Notes under the pieces: model-generated
Told to the model about the DNA's origin: nothing
Seen by the model: only the letters and a program-made list of their open reading frames with translations
Databases searched by the model: none
Made by a program: the position numbers and the translations under genes
Assembly (NCBI GenBank): GCA_010093995.1
Contig: ML992510.1
Span: 1,119,339 to 1,183,338 of the forward strand
Source of the DNA: Elsinoe ampelina
Taxonomy: Eukaryota
DNA length: 64,000 nt
Direction: 5' to 3'
Shown here: positions 59,215 through 64,000 of the stretch, piece by piece
Layout of the letters: every line of letters starts with the position of its first letter
Numbering within the stretch: the stretch's first letter is position 1

Positions 59215-60456
59215 CTACCGACCTCCATGGCCCTGCTGTCCCTGTCCCTGCCCTTGCCCTCCCATCGCCGGGTTCCCATGACTCTCGAACAAGTCCTCCA
59301 AATACGCGCTGGGCGCCCTGCTACCGGGTAGATCTTCACCATGCCCCGTCCCGACCTGCAGACTACTCGCGCTCGCCTGCGGGTTCAAGTGCCCGCCATA
59401 GCCAACGTTACTGTTCGGTCGTGCGATGCTGGTGCGTTGCCCCTCGCGACTGGGTGGTGCGAGCTGCATGTTGCTCATTGGACGGTTGAGGGAGGTGCGG
59501 CGGGCTTGGAGCGAGGGGGAGCCCTGGCCTGTGCCGCCGATGGTGGTTTGGCTGTTGCCGGAGCCGAGTTGGGAGGAGGGTGAGGCGTAGTAGCCTGCCG
59601 GGAGGAAGGTGGAGGAGCGGTTGTTGGCCGGGGCGAGGCCGGTCATGGGGATGTTGGTGGTGGCGTTGGAGGCGGTGGGGGAGAAGAAGAGGCCGCTGCC
59701 GTTGGAGGGTGGGATGGGGTTGCGGGAGGCGCGGTTAGTGTGGCGGTCGGATTTGTCGTTGAGGTCGAGGGTGGAGCCGCCTGGTGCTTGGTGGTAGAAA
59801 CCGCCCGCGGGTTTGAAGGGGTTGGATGCCCAGCCGCCGGGGTTCTTGGTCTCGGAAGCCATGATGGAGGCCATGGCGGCGCGTTTGACGGAGCGGTTGA
59901 TGGACCAGGCTACGAGGGCGCGCCAGGCGATTACGCAGAAGCCAAGGAAGGCGAGAACAGCACCGACCGCAATGAACACGGTGCCTTCTGGAAGGGAGGA
60001 CTTTTGCATGAAGGGTGCGTTGGCGGTGAAAGGAACAACCATGGTTGGGATACCGACACCTTGAAGAGTTGGCGCGCCAGAGAGACGGTTGGCGGCCGAG
60101 GGAGCAATTGCGGAGCCTCCGGATGTGGTGGTCACCACCCCGGTAGGGAAGAGGTTCGTGGTTGATCCTGTGGCAGAGCCGGAAGTCACTGATGCAGATG
60201 CAGACGCAGAAGCACTCCCGCTCCTCGTTCCACTGGCCGTCTGCGTGGGCTGGTTGTTGCCAGTCTGCGATGCGGTATTTCCTCCTCGAGTGTTGGTATT
60301 CTGGTTGTTGTTATTGCCATCTGTTGTCGTCTGTGCCTGAGATTCATTCGCATCTGATATTTGACTGAGGTTCGGAAGTTGTGCGCTGGCGAAGGACGAA
60401 AGGCAGAGAACGAGCAGGCATGCTAGAAGCAGCCGTATTTGCGATCGTTGCTTCAT
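59215..60456 (-). CDS. Type I membrane protein, Csi2-like
   Basis: Signal peptide, S/T-rich ectodomain, PFM..LPEGTVFIAVG transmembrane segment, LFFSPT, and RAPSAYLEDLF tail. Confidence 0.65.
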   Translation of the reverse strand: MKQRSQIRLLLACLLVLCLSSFASAQLPNLSQISDANESQAQTTTDGNNNNQNTNTRGGNTASQTGNNQPTQTASGTRSGSASASASASVTSGSATGSTTNLFPTGVVTTTSGGSAIAPSAANRLSGAPTLQGVGIPTMVVPFTANAPFMQKSSLPEGTVFIAVGAVLAFLGFCVIAWRALVAWSINRSVKRAAMASIMASETKNPGGWASNPFKPAGGFYHQAPGGSTLDLNDKSDRHTNRASRNPIPPSNGSGLFFSPTASNATTNIPMTGLAPANNRSSTFLPAGYYASPSSQLGSGNSQTTIGGTGQGSPSLQARRTSLNRPMSNMQLAPPSREGQRTSIARPNSNVGYGGHLNPQASASSLQVGTGHGEDLPGSRAPSAYLEDLFESHGNPAMGGQGQGQGQQGHGGR

Positions 60457-61019
60457 GGCTGTGATGTGACTGTCCAGGTCCTAAGAATATACTCCTCCTC
60501 AAAGGCGTGGCGTCCCAAGGCGTGACCCAGACACTGACGATGCTCAACCCCTTGTACGTTGCTCGTGGTCGATGAAACCTGCTCCTTTCCCTTTGCCTGA
60601 GGCTGTGTTGTTTTTCCCACCGGCGAGCCCCTTTCTTCGTCCAAGGGCGTCGATGTAGTAGCGAGAGAAGTCGTAGCGAGCGATAGTAATATCTAGACCA
60701 GCCTCCAACGAGTGACGAGAGCGCCAGAGCCTTGTGTAACTGTGGTGTTGAATAAGAGGAGTGTCTCACCAAGTCGTCAGCGAAAGGAGGGCGTGAAGAA
60801 GATTGAGAAACACGAGCCAACGGCGGGAGAGGCTCCACTGGGATCCACTCGCGAGCAGCTTCGCGGAGCAACAGGTCCGGCGGCGCAAACTCTAATCTCA
60901 ACCTGCAGATCTTATCGATAGCGGGCGTGAATTTTTGGAGATCTCTAAAGAAGGTCTCGGTCGACTTCGTATTCTTCACGGAGCTTCAACACGAGGTTCT
61001 AGCGTCGTATACCGCAGTC

Positions 61020-61654
61020 ATGGGAGTCCAAAAGAAGACGCGCAAGTTTGCGCAGACCAAGCGCTTGATCGGTCAGCGCGATGCACGACTGAAGAAGAAT
61101 CAAGCAAAGACAGAGACAAAGGCAACCAAGAAGGAGGATAATCTGGTTCGAGAGATGTAAGGAGATCGTTCTATGCAATACGATGCCCATAGACTAATAG
61201 TGTGTCCAGCCCGCAAGCACCCTCGTCCATGTTCTTCCAGCACAATGCAGCCCTTCAACCGCCCTACCAGATTCTCATCGATACCAACTTCCTCTCCCTC
61301 ACAGTCCACCACAAGCTCGAACTACAGAAGACTCTTATGGACTTGCTATATGCCAGTGTGCGACCCATCATAACAAGCTGTGTTCTTGCCGAATTGGAGA
61401 AGCTTGGTCCCAAGTACAGAATTGCGCTGAGAATAGCTCGAGACGAGAGATGGGAGAGGCTGGAATGCGACCACAAGGGTACATATGCAGACGATTGTAT
61501 CGTGGATAGAGTGTTCAAGAACAGAATCTATCTTGTCGGGACGAATGACAGAGATCTCAAGAGGAGACTGAGGAAGATTCCGGGCGTGCCAATCATCAGT
61601 GTGGCAAAGGGCAAATACGTGGTGGAGAGATTACCAGATGCACCCGAGCATTGA
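61020..61654 (+). CDS. FCF1: rRNA-processing PIN nuclease Fcf1/Utp24; intron 61157-61209
   Basis: MGVQKKTRKFA, ILIDTNF, CDHKGTYADDC and TNDRDLKRR..IPGVP. Confidence 0.96.
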
Positions 61655-62160
61655 TGAAAGCGTGTCTATTGATCGAAGAAAGAGTCATGGAAGTCACAAA
61701 GCAGGACAAAAAAGCAGGCCGAGAAGAAGAATCACTAGGTCTTCACTCACAGGGAAGCAAGTGCCCGGATACTGCAGAACTTGAGTGGAGGCAAAACTTC
61801 TCTGGAGCGGCCGAGAGGTTCGCGAAGATCGGGATTTCAGTGACAACAATGATCAGCAGTCGTCACGACCAATCAATCACGAAAGAGGAAATCAGGTTGC
61901 GAAGAGAACTTGATGATATTGACAAGCGATCCCAAAGAGGTGATCGGCAGATCGAATAACGATATGATAAAGCTCGGCTCAACGCCAGCTACGAAGCGAA
62001 GTCATCGTCCCTGGGACGGGAAATGTCTGTATATCCAAAATGTACAATAAACCAACTCTCATGAGAAACTCCAAAGGAACCCAGCGCCATCAGGCACTAG
62101 CATGCTTTCTTTTCCACCATGTTGCGCTAAGAAATAAGAGACCAAAAATTTGTCAACCCT

Positions 62161-62847
62161 CTATGCCTGACCCGGGAGCGAGTTCCAGCCAGTATCCTTG
62201 CCAGTCCTCCTCCGGGCAGCTTCAGGCTCGGCATCAGCGTCCCTCTTCCTGGCCTGACCAGGCAGCGAGTTCCACCCGGTGTCCTTGCCCTGGCGTCTGC
62301 GCCTAGCATCAGCCTCGGGCTCGGCATCGGGCTCAGGGAGAGCCTCCCTCTTGCGAGCCTGACCGGGGAGAGAGTTCCAGCCGGTGTCCTTGCCAGTTCG
62401 GCGGCGAGCAGCCTCTGGTTCGGCGTCGGCGTCGCGCTTGCGAGCTTGGCCGGGGAGAGAGTTCCAGCCGGTGTCCTTGCCCTGACGGCGGCGGCGGGCG
62501 TCGGCTTCTGGCTCGGCCTCTGGCTCGGGGAGAGCGTCGCGCTTGCGAGCCTGGCCGGGGAGAGAGTTCCAGCCGGTGTCCTTGCCAGTTCGGCGGCGAG
62601 CAGCCTCTGGCTCAGCGTCGGCGTCGCGCTTGCGGGCCTGACCTGGAAGGGAGTTCCAGCCAGTGTCCTTGCCTTGGCGGCGGCGGCGGGGCTCAGCCTC
62701 GCGCTTGACCATCTCGGGAACCTCGAAGGTCATGTCGTCGGCATAGTCGACATTGTCGATGGCGGAGGCGGAATCTTGGAGAGGGACAGCAACGACGGCT
62801 GTGGTGTAGGCGAGGATCGCGGCGGCGATGAAAGCGTTGAACTTCAT
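62161..62847 (-). CDS. Kex2/Ste13-processed repeat precursor, probable alpha-factor-type pheromone precursor (ppg1-like)
   Basis: Signal peptide and pro-region; six copies of GKDTGWNSLPGQA separated by RKR plus X-A/X-P dipeptide runs. Confidence 0.8.
   Translation of the reverse strand: MKFNAFIAAAILAYTTAVVAVPLQDSASAIDNVDYADDMTFEVPEMVKREAEPRRRRQGKDTGWNSLPGQARKRDADAEPEAARRRTGKDTGWNSLPGQARKRDALPEPEAEPEADARRRRQGKDTGWNSLPGQARKRDADAEPEAARRRTGKDTGWNSLPGQARKREALPEPDAEPEADARRRRQGKDTGWNSLPGQARKRDADAEPEAARRRTGKDTGWNSLPGQA
62164..62705 (-). repeat. Coding tandem repeat: alternating 87-bp and 105-bp units (192-bp dimer, about 3 copies)
   Basis: 29-aa and 35-aa spacings between successive peptide cores. 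Confidence 0.92.
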
Positions 62848-64000
62848 GTTTGCGATCGAACGATTGTCTTGATTGAGGTAGTATCAGACCCAAGCGGTCG
62901 AGATGCTGGTGGAGATTTGGATGGAGAGAGATGTTGAGTTGTCTTATATGGTCGAAGACCCCCTCTGGAATGAATGCAGATAAAGAATGAATATGGTCAG
63001 TGGAAATGAGCGTGATGTAATGACACGGCAAGAAAAGGAGATGTGAACGGGGTAAATACTTATTCAGAGGCGACTTCTTTGAATGCCATTGAAAGGCTGC
63101 TAGACGCTGAGACGATCGAGAACAAGGTGGATGTGAAAGTACTCGCCAGAAGTGGTGCTCAATAGGGTTTCAGATGCGTTGGCTCGCCACTCAGCATCCT
63201 CACGATCTGCCTGCCATGCGATACAGCCAGTGTTTGTCTGGGCAAAGGTCAAAGGAAGGGCGAAGCGGACTCGCAGCGTGCCTGTAGAGTCTTGCATGTA
63301 TCTTTCGATATCGTAGCGGGCAGTGTGTGGTGGCTTTGGTGTGGTATGCGGCAGGAAAGGCCAAGATGTCCGAAAGTAGTCCTCAATAAGAATTTCACCT
63401 GCGCCCTCACAAAGGCCGATCACGGCTCAGTAATGATCCTCGCGCGTCGCCTGCGGTCAATGAATTTTGGGTGCGAAAGTCTGGAGGTTGGCCCAGAACG
63501 TAGCATTGTAAAGACTTCCGACCCAGACGGTGGTTATGTGAAGCTTTGACTGTGTGGCCGCTTCCCAACAATGAGCGGTTGGTTAACGCTCAGCTCCACC
63601 CGTCATAGATCATGCCAGGTATTCTTGTGTACTGAGTATACGCAAGGCAAATGATGGGTATGAAGAACGCATGTTGGGATGTTCAGGTAGGAAGAAGGCT
63701 AAGTGACACGGATGTTGTCGGGTGAAGTGGAGGAAGATCAAACGAATCTGACAAGATGTGATATTGTCCTCAGACTGATTGACCCTGCTCACGCATTGTG
63801 ATATATATTCTGCAGGGGTCTTTTCCAGTTCCCTGCAGGTGCGAGTATGAATGCCACGGAGTCATGTCCGCGTCCTCAACAAGGATGTAGAAGAGTCGAC
63901 GTGAAAGTGCATAAGGTATGCGGCTCAAACCTGGATAACGGTAGTCTGCGCCAAGACAACGGCAATGATCGGCAAGAGAAGGGAAAGGCTCGAAGGTTTA

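Noticed and set aside
62164..62705. CRISPR-like repeat array
   Set aside because: Eukaryotic in-frame coding repeats whose spacers are themselves repeated.

Overview
Gene-dense, intron-containing DNA from a filamentous ascomycete (GT-AG introns of about 50 nt with CTRAC branch sites, RIP-type mutation; a Dothideomycete is my guess). The window opens on the RIP-degraded end of a Ty1/copia retrotransposon: 5' LTR at 479-620, with a tRNA-iMet half-molecule primer site. A solo copy of the same LTR, with a GGTTT target-site duplication, lies at 33941-34081. Conserved genes: PEX10, a thioesterase, a BAR-PH-ArfGAP, RPS28, HIS1, an FMO, a DHA14 MFS pump, a BEM3-like RhoGAP, telomerase TERT, a TBC Rab-GAP, a nitronate monooxygenase, RPB11, a CSI2-like protein and FCF1. 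Accessory-looking genes: two kinase-fold genes, a TPR protein, a questin oxidase-family gene, a Thr-rich secreted protein with two 4-Cys modules, a PNP-NACHT NLR-like gene with an uncharacterised convergent neighbour, an AA9 LPMO, a small secreted protein, and a Kex2/Ste13-processed, cysteine-free alpha-pheromone-like precursor. The strongest unexplained signal is about ten local C-rich to G-rich strand switches. They have the same polarity whichever strand the gene is on, and they visibly alter amino-acid composition, even inside TERT. All calls come from reading the sequence; no database searches were run.
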